A DNA stretch of 62,367 nt, the filler included, from Sphacelaria rigidula (Eukaryota): the NCBI GenBank assembly GCA_964200075.2. It is 9 parts of 9 records of this genome, joined end to end, with 100 filler letters (N's around TTAATTAATTAA, not from the genome) between each part and the next. Parts side by side here need not be neighbours in the genome. Positions count along the whole stretch, not along the records: positions 6,943 to 13,784 come from CAXNAA020017815.1; positions 13,885 to 20,725 come from CAXNAA020017816.1; positions 20,826 to 27,666 come from CAXNAA020017817.1; 6 more parts are not named here. One strand, given 5' to 3'. The stretch's first letter is position 1, and every line of letters starts with the position of its first letter. The translations under genes and the position numbers were made by a program. Shown here in pieces: positions 12,075 to 24,471 of this stretch. Below the pieces are notes generated by a model. It was not told the DNA's origin. It did not search any database and saw only the letters and a program-made list of their open reading frames with translations.

Positions 12075-12536
12075 ACGAACGATGCTAGAAAAGGACGAAA
12101 AAATCAGCGAGGGACAAGCAGGTTTCAGACCCAACCGTAGTTGCGTAGACCATGTGTACACAATAGGTGAGATTGTTCAAGGTAGGAAAGACGCCGGGTT
12201 GACGACGTACTGTTTCTTTCTGGACGTGCAAAAGGCTTATTACACAGTGTGGAGAAATGGGCTGTGGAAGGGTGCCTGGAAAATCAAATTTGGATGTTAC
12301 AGACCTTGTGCAAGGTAATCTTTTGATGCATTAGACTGGGGAGAAAACGATGGCTACACTAGGAGATAGATGGTGGCCACAGACGGCGAAACAGGGCAGG
12401 GATAAGATATGTAAAATGTTTTTGTGCGATGAATGGAAGAAAGGTAATGAGCGCCGGAATGTTGAAGATGTCTCTATTAGGAGTAAGAACGGTGCTCCCT
12501 CTCCAAATGGATGCGTGGTCAATGGCCAAACGACTA
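12075..12536 (+). mobile_element. LINE family L-A: reverse-transcriptase fragment joined to the element's 3' region
   Basis: QAGFRPNRSCVDH...FFLDVQKAY.TVWRNGLW (N-terminal non-LTR RT motifs) followed by the ATLGDRWWPQTAKQ 3' block seen in other copies. Confidence 0.85.
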
Positions 12537-13135
12537 CGAGCTGGGCCAGCTTAAAAGCTGCTAAAACTTGCTAACACCACAGCTTCCCCAGTTTCCGAAT
12601 GAACCCGATGTAAGCATATCACTGTGAAGTGTAAACCAACCTGGTCCCACACGGCACCGCCGCTGAATAAGAAAAATATATGAAAAAATGTACTGCATAA
12701 TGTATGACCTTAACGACGGACGAAAAGCAAAAGAGAACCTGTCGGGATTCGATCTCATGACCTCCATAATTGGAGTCTCCCATCACTTGATTTATAGGGG
12801 TGCAGCAGCGTCACGAAAAATGTTGAACGCACGGCCCAATTCCACGAGTCTTGAGCTGAAATCTCAGGAAGATCTTCTGCACCCTAGGAACTGATACTTC
12901 ACGTGTCCAGCTGCAGAGTCTCCTTTTTTTTCTAGACTAATGGCATTATCTGGTTTTTGCTGAAATTTCAAATGCCCACAATTTTTCGTTTTTTCATTTT
13001 TTTATCTGCTGGACCCGTGATCTTCTGCACTCCGATCATAATAAGCTTCTGTCGAAATTTCAGCGTCAAACTCCCAATATCGCGCCGTGCGTCGCCTGAG
13101 CGACATTCACACCTACTCTTGGCTGGCCCAGCTCG
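12537..13135. mobile_element. ~600-bp non-autonomous TIR element (Tc1/mariner-like, family T-CGAG) inserted in the LINE 3' end
   Basis: TIRs CGAGCTGGGCCAGC / GCTGGCCCAGCTCG; splits the LINE consensus GACTA|AGGCAAGC at TA, and the LINE tail resumes at 13138. Confidence 0.85.
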
Positions 13136-13539
13136 TCAGGCAAGCAACAAATGAGTACGCCCCCCCCCCCTCCCCCCCCGTGATCGTTCAAGTATACTTC
13201 GCGCCAATCACTATGTTATGGAGCTTGCGATGGCACATTCGTCGAGAACGGCGCTCAATAGCCCTCAAACTACGTGGATATAACTCAGGACCTTGATATA
13301 GACGCCAGTGCGATGCGTGTGTCGCGAGATGCTAATATTAACACTATCCAATCTTGAGACGACGTGCGACTCGACCTGAACTATGAAGTCCTCGCTCTAG
13401 CAGTTCACATCTTCTTTTTGGCGGCTCGCAATATAAGGGGATCCCTATTAAAACTGTCGAAGTGCCTCCCACGTGCGACAGTTTTTTCTATCGGCTTCCG
13501 CATCTCCGAAAAAAATGATTGCGGTCCTAAGGCATGTCT

Positions 13540-13784
13540 TGCCCCCACTATACGGGACACTTTCTACGATACGCCCCCTCCTCCCCCCAAAACCAGCTAA
13601 AAGTGTCACGAAAAAAATGACCATACAGCGCCTGATGTTCGGGTTCAGCCTGCATGAAGCGCCTCATATTGGCGACATTGGCTAGAACGAACCCAAGCGT
13701 GGGAATTCCCCGCTTCTCGTTGTGCTCGGTTTTTCCGATTTAGGTTTCCGTGAAGATTTGACCTCCCAAACCCATGCCCGATTT
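13540..13784 (+). repeat. Interspersed repeat also present at about 49630-49860
   Basis: Shared ATGAAGC.CCTCAT.T.GGCGACATTGGC and CCCAAGC.TGGGA blocks. Confidence 0.65.
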
Positions 13785-14607
13785 NNNNNNNNNNNNNNNN
13801 NNNNNNNNNNNNNNNNNNNNNNNNNNNNTTAATTAATTAANNNNNNNNNNNNNNNNNNNNNNNNNNNNNNNNNNNNNNNNNNNNAAGGATGTCTGACACA
13901 CTTATGAGCCTCGTTTTTCGTGCAACCAATACCCCCCCCTCTATCGTAGGATGACTCTTTAGACTCTCGCTGGACTTGACCGTCTCTGAACAAAAATACT
14001 TGTTTGGCCGATATAAAAATGGTGGCTACTGGAAAACGCGAAGATGTTCCGGAACCGTTTTATTAACGAGTAAAGCAAATCACTCCAAGGTGTCAAACTC
14101 GGCCTAGCTCTGTTTATCAGGGTGTAGTTTATCAGGGTGTAAAAAGACGAAGAACTAAAACAGCACTTCTACAAGATTTTTTGTTTGCTATAAGAAGCTG
14201 CCTTAGGCGTGGAGAGAGTAGAAGTATATATTTTACGATAAAGTGAAATGCTTCCCGCCAGAAGAATGAATGGTGTTTTCATGCGCGATTATCTGAAAAC
14301 CGATATATATATTATCGCGGGTACGCACTCTCAGGCTAATGCTACATTCGAAACATAATTGTGGCTAAAAAAAAATAGACAACTGCCGGATGCGCATCAT
14401 GGGAGACATCAACGCCTAGGTGTATCGTCTCGTGTGCCTGCTACGCGTACCAACACACGCTGAAAAACCCTCTGTGCTTCACGTCGACATTTCGGAAACT
14501 ACTCAAGAAGAATAGCGGTCTCTGGCTGTAGTGCACACCGCCGTACTGTTGTGCTACCGTACCACCTCAGTACCAAGTGCGGGGGCATTTCAAAGCACCA
14601 CATCATC

Positions 14608-15050
14608 ATGACAACGGCCAACAGACGACACGCCACGGCGTCAGCCACAGAGGCTACTGGCAGCAGCACGGCAACTAGTACCCGCGTTGGTGTCCGGTCC
14701 CGCATCATCCTGTTGATAGCCGTGGTATCGTCAATGGCTACCCTGCTTTCACCGGCGTGCGCTTTCTCTGCGGGGATCATGGTCTCAAGATTCCCCGCAA
14801 CAGCAACAACGATCAATAAGGCAACTGGAACTACGCGATGGATTCGATCTGGACGGCAGCACTCATCGCGGCATCGCCTTCAACAACAGACAGCAGCAGC
14901 GGCATTGTCGATGAGCTACGACGGCGGTGATTTCCCCAGTGATGTTGGTGATGGTGTGGTTGAAGCGGTAACGGCAGTTGTTGAAGATAACCCGGAGCTG
15001 CGAGAAACCATGAAGAGGGAGATCATGACCATCGCTGCCACTTCGAACAG
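14608..15050 (+). CDS. Plastid PAP/fibrillin family protein, exon 1 (bipartite presequence plus start of the mature domain)
   Basis: Hydrophobic signal ending SPACA-F (ASAF-type cleavage motif), Ser/Thr/Arg-rich transit peptide, then ..MKREIMTIAATSNR; donor |gtatgt, phase 2. Start codon uncertain. Confidence 0.8.
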
Positions 15051-15302
15051 GTATGTGTAGGTGATGCAATACCTAAGTTACTATGAAGGGTCTCATCTAC
15101 TCTCAAGGTGAAGATTCGGGTGGTTTACTGTTGTTATTGGGGGTTTCGATACTTGAACCCTTAGACCGCGAGGGTAGTCTTATCTGGATCATGCATACTT
15201 TGTTTCACTTGAAATTGATGCCGATTCAACAGAAGACAAACCTCGCGGTCTAAGGGTTAAGATGCACCGAAGGATCGCTTCGCGCGCATCTGGCATGTAT
15301 TG

Positions 15303-15640
15303 CACGGGCATCGTAGGTAAGGTACCGTATCGAGCGTACCCCCGGTATTTACGGGGGTATCCCATACCGTGGTATGCGTAAGTATCGTAGGTGTGAGTTT
15401 TGAAAATACCGGATTGGGCGGGTACGGCAGGTATTGAACTCTCGACATACCGTTGTATCGTAGGTATCGTAGGTATGACATTTCAAAATACCGGATTTGG
15501 CGGGTACGGTGGGTACTGAAATCTCGACATACCGTTGTATCGTAGGTATTATATGTTTGAGTTTCGAAAATACCGGTTTGGACCGGTATCGGTAGGGTAT
15601 GAGATGTCCCAAATACCGGTACCGGGTACCTGCCTCACCC
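15303..15640 (+). mobile_element. TIR element with internal tandem repeats (family C-tandem), copy 1, right end degenerate
   Basis: Starts CACGGGCATCGTAGGTAAGGTACC; internal ~60-75-bp units of the type GTATCGTAGGTATGA..TTTCAAAATACCGGATT. Confidence 0.8.
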
Positions 15641-16169
15641 TCTATACCGAATTCAAAACTGTCATCTGGCAGTGCGAAGCGGTTCAGTGCAGTAGTACGC
15701 AAGAGTAGGGTTTGCCCCTCTATGTGTAGTTGTATTTTTTCATTCAGAGCATCCGGCAATTGCGCAGTATTTACGGTAGCTCTATATAAATATGAAAGGT
15801 TATTTCATTGGTATTATGGAACACTGTTGTGTATATTGTATGCCACCTGCGACCCCTCGTTTTTTTTTGTTTTTCCTCATTTTCGTTTTTTTTCTGCTTG
15901 TTTGCTTACACGTGGAAAATCATTGCGCATGATCCTCATCTTCGAGATGAAAAGATGTATACCTTCAAATGATGATCTAATATACATTCCCACACACCAA
16001 AAACATCAGAGGACATGGGAATATTTCATTCGAACTGATCCAAACACGCAATTTAGGGGGAATCTGGGTATCAATTATTTGTGAAAACAAGACGTGACTG
16101 CTTCGATAGCTTCTGGTCTCAGCGTGAGCTGGCACCAGCTGCTGCATCGTGGGGAGTGTATTGCGTTCG

Positions 16170-16544
16170 TTAAATACCGGGTCTACCCTCGGTATTTACC
16201 GGGGTATCCCATACCGTGGTCTGCGTAGGTATCGTAGGTGTGACATTTCAAAATACCGGATTGGGCAGGTACGATAGGTATTGAAATACCCTGGTATCGC
16301 AGTATCGTAGGTATGAGTTTTGAAAGTACCGGATTGGGCGGGTAGGGTAGGTATTGAAATCTCGAAATACCATGGTATCGTAGGTATCGTAGGTATGACA
16401 TTTCAAAATACCGGATTTGACCGGTATCGGTAGGTACTGAAATCTCGAAATACCCTGGTATCGCGGATATCGTAGGTGTGACATTTGAAAATACCAGATT
16501 GGACGGGTATCGGTAGGGTACCTACCTCACCTACGGTGCCTGTG
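16170..16544 (+). mobile_element. Family C-tandem, copy 2, left end missing
   Basis: Same tandem units; ends ACCTACGGTGCCTGTG. Confidence 0.8.
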
Positions 16545-16653
16545 ATATATTGCCCCCCCACCTCTCCCCCTTCCTCCCTCCCCCGAAAACATCCGCTGCA
16601 AAACCGTCCCCTCGTGATGTCGCCTTTGTGTTTGTGTAAAATCATGCATAAAG

Positions 16654-16757
16654 GGGGCAAGTGGCTACCCAAGAAGAGCGCGACGCCGTGATGGATCTGG
16701 TGTATCAACTCGAGGCGGCCAACCCAACGCCGGACGCCACAAACGTCAACGTCATAG
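16654..16757 (+). CDS. PAP/fibrillin exon 2: (R)GQVATQEERDAVMDLVYQLEAANPTPDATNVNVI
   Basis: aag| acceptor is phase-compatible with exon 1 and gives NRG...QLEAANPTP, the fibrillin N-terminal signature; donor |gtgaaa. Confidence 0.85.
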
Positions 16758-16829
16758 GTGAAAGCAGTTCTAAGTAGCGCGGCCTGAATTTCTCTTTACC
16801 TGATAGACACTTGTTCTTTCCATCTTTTT

Positions 16830-17161
16830 CACAGGCACCGTAGGTAAGGTACCGTACCGAGCGTACCCCCGGTATTTACCGGGGTATCCCATACCGTGGT
16901 ACACGTAGGAATCGTAGGTATGAGATTTCAAAATACCGCATTGGGCGGGTAGGGTAGGTATTGAAATCTCGAAATACCCTGGTATCGTAGCTATGAGATT
17001 TCAGAATACCGGATTGGGCGGGTAGGGTAGGTATTGGAATTTGAAAATACCGTGGTATCGTAGGTATGAGATTTCAAAATACCGGATTGGGTCGGTATCG
17101 GTAGGGTATGAGATGTCCCAAATACCGGTACCGGGTACCTACCTTACCTACGGTGCCTGTG
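16830..17161 (+). mobile_element. Family C-tandem, copy 3, complete
   Basis: Perfect 22-bp TIRs CACAGGCACCGTAGGTAAGGTA / TACCTTACCTACGGTGCCTGTG. Confidence 0.9.
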
Positions 17162-17879
17162 ATATTTTTCATTTGTGTCCTACCCCCTCCTTGGCCCTGA
17201 GAAATCGACCCCCCCCCGCAGGTGGACTGAGTTGGACCATGCCGCATTTGGGGTTCAAAACAGCTCTTTTTTCCCCACACAAAACGCCTTTTTCATAAAC
17301 ATGTGGATATTTGGCATCCAAATAAAAAAAAAACAGTGCCGGAGAACCCCAGACCAGTTTTGACCCTGCAGTCAATCGCGTGCAGAGTCTGTATGTAGGT
17401 ATTTGTGTGCTGTGTGTCTCCGCTGGATACAACGACAAGAGACAGGATATGTAGGCCATCGCTCTCGACTGGACATGATTCACTGCATGCTGCTGATGCC
17501 TCTGCTTAGTGTTCAACAGCACTAGAGAGAGTGTAAAGCTATGCTAGAAACTCATGAGGCGTCAGACAGGCGGCACAGACGTCGAGCAGAATACAAAACA
17601 AGTTATTTGTACCCATGTAATCTATGGTTGAATTGCTATAACCACAATAAAACATGCCAGTAGACAGCGAATTAGTCCACCTGCAGTCCATCTGTAGGGG
17701 AACTACGTGCTCATTTTGACGACCGAGATTGGTCAGAATGGTCACTCCGCGCCTCTCGGGCCTCGTTGCTGGCTTATAATCTTCCGCGCGAAAAAACTTC
17801 CACGGACACATGGTTGACTTGGTGAGCTTTTCGGCTGCTCTGCGGCCAGACTCCCACCCCCCTCCCCCCCCCGGCAAAC

Positions 17880-18743
17880 AGCATTCAGAGAGTTGGGAAT
17901 GTACTCACTTTAGACAAACAGAGACATGCGGAGATTGAAATGACAATATAGCGTGAAGAAGATGCAAAGAAAGAGATTGCCGGTTGTAGCTGGTAGGGCT
18001 GTATGGAAGAAAACTACGACAGGAGAGGCTGGAATAAGGCGGGATGAAGAAGTGAAGAAAGTGTGGAAGCAGATAGGAGGAAACCGAGACGAAATACTGT
18101 CCATAGATGGAGGCGCGGGGTACAAGACAAAACTAAGCGACATGATGAAAATAAGGGGGAAAGGAGCGCTCTGACACAAAGTAGACGAGGAAGAACACCT
18201 GGAGATATACGGGTGGTTGAGAGCGGGGATCCGGGTGAAAACATATCTGCATGGCCCAATGAACGCGGCGAAAAAATTTGAAACTGCGATTTCGGGTTGG
18301 GGGCGTGGACCCGCCAGAAAGAAGAAAGAGATATAACAGTAGTCATGTGGAGGAAGAAGTACACGCACAGAACTGCTTCTGTGGCAAAGGAATAGAGGGC
18401 AGAAGCCATAGTGGCAGAATGTGAACTATACAAGGAGGACCGAGACGTGGTAGAGAGGGAAATGCGGGACGTGAACGAAGGTGGCGTGAAATCGTTTGAC
18501 GCATTAGACAGTAGGAAGAAAACGATGGCTATACTAGGAGATGGATGGTGGCCAGAGACGGCGAAACAGGAGCGGGACAAGATACGTGAATGTTTTTGTG
18601 TAATGTATGGAAAAAACGTGATGAGCGCCGGAATGTTGGAGGTGTCTCTATTAGGAGTAGGAACGGTGTTCCATCTCGAAAGGGATGCGTGGTCAATGGT
18701 GAAACGACTAAGGCAAGCAACAAATGAGTACGCCCCCCCCCCC
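17880..18743 (+). mobile_element. LINE family L-A, 5'-truncated 3' portion (degenerate ORF2 C-terminus) ending in a C tract
   Basis: Frameshifted ORF including VAECELYKEDRDVVEREMR..MAILGDGWWPETAKQ; ends GCAACAAATGAGTACG(C)n. Confidence 0.85.
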
Positions 18744-20904
18744 GGCCACTGGAAATCCCCGAACGCCTCCGGATTGTCAGCCTGGGGAACTGTTCCGAGG
18801 CAGCGCTCGCTGTCTAAGGGTTGAATGCACAGTACTGTACAGGCAGTATTCAATATTCGGATTCCAGCTCTAGTCGGGGCCTCGACAGGCATAGGGTCAA
18901 GTTTCGATGTTGGAAATGTGGAGACGTCGAAAGATTTATTTTTGGAGCGGGAAAAAAGTGCGTATTTTCAAAAACTGCAAGAAAATCCGATGCGAATGCT
19001 TCCGTTGAAAGGACGCACCCTGAATGTGCGCAGCTGCTTCTGGGCAAGCTTGTTGCCACGTCGCCCTAATACTTGACGTCTACAGACTTACATATTCGAT
19101 CTCTATCTTCCATAACCACGTACGGACTGTACACTAGAACTTAGGCGTTTTGTCCAGACAAAAAAAAATGTGAGGATCACGTCCGCGGTATGGCTCTTCA
19201 TCTATTGAGCTGAGAGTGCATTCATTTGTAATCTCCGGTCTTGCCCTGTCTGCGGCGACCTTCGAATTCAAAATACAAAAGCAGTAAGTACCCTGACTGT
19301 ACTGTGCGCTGTTGGAGAAGGCTGGCTCCCTGAGCAAAGTCGAGTGTAGAGAAGCTAGGGAGAGGGGCTCGTGATGCTCAACTGGAAACGCTAGGCTTGA
19401 TCGCAAGTCTCTGGGGGAGGGTAGGAGGGTCACCTCGTGTTGCCGATAGCGCCAGTAGCTGCCCTCTTTTCACTGAAAACGGCATATCGTAGCCCGCTGC
19501 TCTCGCCTGACCGAGTGGTACTATGAATCCCGCGCAGGGCCGTCAGGCGTCGGTTTAGCGTCCCAGAACGGGGTGGCGTTGCTCCCGAAAACATGGCCGT
19601 GCAGCTATTGAAGAAGAGAATCAGCGCCACTTCCGTCCTTCTCCGTGCATTGCTGCTCATACGATTGTTGCACAAGTTTTCTTTTTCCAATTTTACTGTA
19701 CGAGTTGGCTCGCCGAAAATTTGCGTCCAGTTTCGATATCCTGCTACCGTGCGCTGGATGCCCGAGGCAAAGTGTGGCGTTGGTAGACCTAACGCCGACT
19801 TAGACAAGAAGCGTTCTGCGCACGCTAGGACCACTTGGGACCGTTGTCTCCACTTGAGATCCGAATATCGGTGTTCACACTCAAAGTAACAAAAGTCCGA
19901 GAAAGTTCCATTCTACCAAGTGGTGAACTCTATTAACTGGGCCAAGGTGCTAACTTGAACTATAATAGCTGTTCCATCTCAATCGCGCCAAACGCGCCCA
20001 CCTGCCTGTGGTATGTTGTCTTGTCATGTATCGGCCTTCGCTGTGCTTGCCCCAAACGAATAGACCACACCCTTCCACTGCCCTTCGCAACGGTTGTGTA
20101 AGCGCAGGTCGCTGTGGTGTGGTGTTGGAGTCAGGGGAGGGTTTAGCCTTGCAGCGTTTGTTGTTACGCCTGCCATCGTCTCTTTGTCGACTAGTTTATA
20201 ACCGAAAGACTTCGTGCGGACATTTCCCTTGAATGGCGCAGAGCAACTACGATACCCTTTCCACAGCGTGTGCGTCGGCATCGTGGACGACGGTGTCGTG
20301 GCAATAACATTTTTTTCGCTCGTTCCTCCACGGACCGTCGCAATCACCCTCAACAACCGGTCTAGTGCACGACGGCTAACTGGCTTCTTTTCGTCCCTCC
20401 GTGTCGTAAGCGGGGGTTTGGAATATTTTTTTGGGGCAGGACTGCTGCCGCGATAGCCGCCCCCCCGAACCAGCCAAAAAAGTGCACGGAGGGGATATAA
20501 TCATAAATGCTGTTAGAGCTGGTTTCGTGCTACACGACGCGACTCATTTGGGCGTTATAGCTGATTTCGGACTGCTACACGCCTGTCATATGGGCGAAAT
20601 GACTGCAAACGAGCCCAATAGTGGGGTCGCAAGCCGGTTTGTCGGACGGTCTCCGGTGCACTGTGTGTGTGTGGGGGGGGGGTGTACTCATGATCATGCA
20701 TGCCATAGTCACCAGACCATTGACCNNNNNNNNNNNNNNNNNNNNNNNNNNNNNNNNNNNNNNNNNNNNTTAATTAATTAANNNNNNNNNNNNNNNNNNN
20801 NNNNNNNNNNNNNNNNNNNNNNNNNCTTTGTAGGGATGCGAGGTCAATGGTCACATGACTATGGCATGCATGATCATGAGTACACCCCCCTCCCCCCTCA
20901 CTGG

Positions 20905-21630
20905 GGGACTTGGACCTGCCATAACGAAAAAAGAGATATACCAGTAGTCGAATGGAGGAGGACCTAGATGCACAGGATTGCCCTTGCGGCAAAGCAATAG
21001 AGACCAGAACTCATTCTAGTGGCAGAATGTGAACTAGGAGGAACGGGACGTGCTAGAGGGGGAGATGCGGGACGTGAACGAAGACGGCATGAAATTGTTT
21101 GATGCATAAGACAGTGGCGAGAGAACGATGGTTATACTAGGAGATGAAGGGTGGCCACAGACGGTGAAACAGGACAGGGATAAGATATGTGTAAGGTTCA
21201 TGTGTTGTGTATGGAAGAAGCGTAATGAGCGCCCCAAGTGTTGGAGGTGTCTCTATTAGGAGTAGGAACGGAGTAATGGTATGGTAGGGGTGCGCTTTTT
21301 GCGCAAAAAAAAATCTGGTTCAGGGGCTCTTGATGATTTTTGATGCACAAGAATATGGGTCATGTTTGCAAATCCATTCAGGAAAATCCCTAACCCATTG
21401 GAATCGTAATCTTGGCGTACTCTCGGATATTTCAAAAGTCGTGTTTTGGATGAGATGAAGGGCTCCTAACAAGTCTGACCTCAAAAAATATTTGTTCACC
21501 CCTACCGTAGCATCGCTCAACGGTGCTGCGTGTCGAAATACATGCGCGGTCACCGGTCAAACGACTAAGGCAAGCGACAAATGAGTATGCTTCCCCCCCA
21601 ATCCTCACTCCCCCACCCCACCCCCCTCCT
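20905..21630 (+). mobile_element. LINE family L-A 3' portion (20905-21272), with its tail resuming at about 21553-21630 after an unrelated insert
   Basis: DCPCGKAIETRTH..VAECE CCHC-like knuckle; same 3' block and C-rich tail. Confidence 0.75.
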
Positions 21631-21660
21631 TGCCGTCTTCTTCATACCCGCTTCCACCAG

Positions 21661-21765
21661 GTCCACGGTTTCCATATGCTTTCTACACTCCTGCAGCGCC
21701 TTCCACGTCCGGCGGAAGACCTGAATGGTCCCGTGCTGGGGGCATGTCTCCACCTGCTGCACGTG
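21661..21765 (+). CDS. BEACH-family (neurobeachin/NBEAL-like) protein, exon: VHGFHMLSTLLQRLPRPAEDLNGPVLGACLHLLHV
   Basis: cag| acceptor and |gtgagt donor, 105 nt, phase 0; resembles the GF.+I..LL segment of the neurobeachin/NBEAL helical (DUF4704-like) region. Confidence 0.7.
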
Positions 21766-22256
21766 GTGAGTACCGTTTACAGCAGCTGTCGTGGGATAAC
21801 ACCCGTACGCCGGATAGTACCTCATGAAAAACAGCCCTGAGAGATGGATTTTCGGGGGATATTCGGCACCGTGCCGATGTCTTCATCATTACTGTACTGT
21901 ACCGGATGACGTCAGATACCAGCCCATCCCCTTCCTCGATACCGCCCCCTGGATGATGACCTAAGTCCTGAAAACACACACGCCGGGTGATGAGTTACAA
22001 TATATTCCCGGACCCCAAAACGACACCATCCGTGGGTGTTGTATACTGTGTGACATACGATACGCGATGTGTACAGTCATCTAGATGCTCTGCAGGGGGG
22101 AAAATAGTGATGGGCTATGACGATGCTCCTCCGGAATCGGAACGCCATTCCCCTCCCTTTATACATATATATATATGTATTGGGGCGGGCGATGTCGTGA
22201 GTCGCTCTACTGAGTACCAACGCCTGATTGATATCTTCAATCGTACTACTGAGCTT

Positions 22257-22295
<39 letters not shown>

Positions 22296-22469
22296 AGCCG
22301 GTGCCAGCCCCGCGCCCGGGCTGGGGGGTGGGGGGGGAGGAAAAGAGANNNNNNNNNNGTGATGCGCGCTTCTGAGTACCAATCGCCGATGGATTTCTTC
22401 CACCGTACATCGTCGCTTCCCCCCCCCCCCCCCCTCCCCATTGTGAGGCACCCATGAGGCAGTGTGGAA

Positions 22470-22745
22470 CCGGTGGCTGTCTATGGAAGTGGCGATACGA
22501 AAAAATGAAGCAACTCGTTGTAGGCTGTCATCCTTATGCAAGATACTTGGGACGGTTCAGGCCGAACAATCTTAATATGCAGCTCACCCTTGATGCGACT
22601 CGCCGAAGACACAATGACGATTCGCGCTTGGTGGTTGATTGCGGACCTGGTCCGGCGAAAGCCCGGCGTGCTCCGTCCCGGCTTGGTAGGGATGCGAGGT
22701 CAATGGTCTTATGACTACGGCATGCAAGATCATGAGTACACCTTG
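22470..22745 (-). mobile_element. ~280-bp interspersed repeat family G (5' GGTGTACTCATGATC..GCATGCC); other copies or fragments at 1-60, 20680-20725, 20826-20887, 54163-54440, 58717-58750 and 61990-62197
   Basis: Shared internal blocks TTGACCTCGCATCCCTAC, GCCGGGACGGAGCACGCCGGG, ACCAAGCGCGAA, GAGTTGCTTCATTTT. Confidence 0.85.
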
Positions 22746-23519
22746 CCCTCCTCTCCCTCATCACGGCGTTCGCTTTCTCTCTCTACGTTCTTCGTTTACG
22801 TTATTTTCACCTTCCTCGTGTATATATAGCTTTGGTTTCTACCGCGTACATCGTACACTGCTGTTCTTTGTTCTTTTCCGGGACGAGTAGTACCATTGTA
22901 GACATTTGCCGGGCGTTCTGTTGTTTTTTTGTTGGTTTGTTCGCTATAAGGGGGGAACATTGTTAGTACGAGTGGATACATGAACGGACGTTGCTCGAGC
23001 GTTCATGGATAGATTTCAACCAACGATAACTCGGATGGAACAGCAACGTCTCCGCGGTCAGCGGACAGCGACAAAAAATTGAAAAATGAAAATGCAGGCG
23101 AGAAATTAAGGCTCATTTCGTGAATTTTTTCTGGTGACGTTCCTCCAATCCTGTTTACATACTACTTTTGTAATGCAGTAGTCAGCGTCAGAAGTATGCA
23201 GAATTCATAATTTCTTGGTATCTTGAAGATTTTTCAAATTCGTTTCGCTTGCCACCGCTCATCACAGTGACTGTTGAATGCCAAAATATGGGCACTTGGA
23301 GATATGTTAATCATCTTGGCAAATATTGAAAGAAAAAATATCTGCGATCAGTTTTGAGAGACTTATGGGCTTCACCGATCTTCGGGGGTCCTGCGAAAGT
23401 GCAACCCCAGGTTCTAACTTTCCCGTATTTTCGGTGGACCGACTCGATCTCGATCATATGAATGAAGACTCAGAACGCATTTTTCATTTTTTATTTAACC
23501 TATTCACTGCGCTGAAGCC

Positions 23520-24030
23520 GAAAAACTATGTTTCTTGGACCATTTACGGTCAATAACACCCTCCTGATGAACGGGATATTCATTCCGTATCGCCCGCACA
23601 ACACCAACTCGGGCATTGTGATTTGGGAACGGTCTGCTTACTTTACCAAAACTATCGACGCCAGCACTTTCGAGTGCTCATGGAAGATGTTATACGAAAG
23701 AAAAACGAGAAGAGGTCATCCGCAAAACATGCGAGAATGAGGTCTGTGCAGTATAGTAGTGAAACACGATCTCGATCGTTATTGTGAAGAGTTGTATACG
23801 TATTAATTTATCTGGATATTTACCGTTCTGCTGCGGAAGAGCCGGAAAACTCATTTTCATTGGACCAAAAGCGTTCAATAATACCCTCCTGATAAACGGG
23901 GTATATTGTCCGTATTGCCTCAAAACACACCAACCTGGGCATTGAAGTTTGAGCGCGGCCCACGCTTTCCCCCTAAATCCACCGGCGCTAGCACTTTTCG
24001 GTAGTAGTGGAGAATAGTACGTGAGAAAAA
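23520..24030. repeat. Two diverged direct repeats (about 23520-23700 and 23855-24030) within an AT-rich probable transposon remnant
   Basis: TTGGACCA...CAATAA.ACCCTCCTGAT.AACGGG...GGGCATTG...AGCACTTT repeated. Confidence 0.6.
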
Positions 24031-24471
24031 CTCAAAAACTAAAACAACTGCGAATTCGGAAAACTTCTGATGCTGACTACTATACTCCTACTATGAATAA
24101 CAATGTTCCCCGGTATATAGTTTGTTTTCTCCATTTGCCGCTTACTCTGTCTCCTCTCCTTCACCTTTCCCCTTCGTCGAGCATCGTGCCAAGTGTTACC
24201 TATTATCCACTTTTGGGTGTGTTTTGTACGTCTGTCCTTTTGACCACGTCAGGAAATCGTAGCAGATCGGGGAAATATTGGCTTCCACTTTGTTATTTTC
24301 ATTACATAATGGAATCATTTTTTTTCTATCGTACCGAGCTGAAGCTTATCACGACTCGCTGATCATGTGTGCAAACACGCACGCAAGGCACCCTCACCCC
24401 TCATCCCCCCCCCCCCCCCCGCCTCCTCATCACTGGTATGTACCACGCCCGAAATTGTGGAAAATGCCTAG

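Noticed and set aside
15303..17161. Regularly repeated units resembling a CRISPR array
   Set aside because: The units are contiguous degenerate tandem repeats without unique spacers, bounded by TIRs, in a eukaryotic intron with no cas genes.
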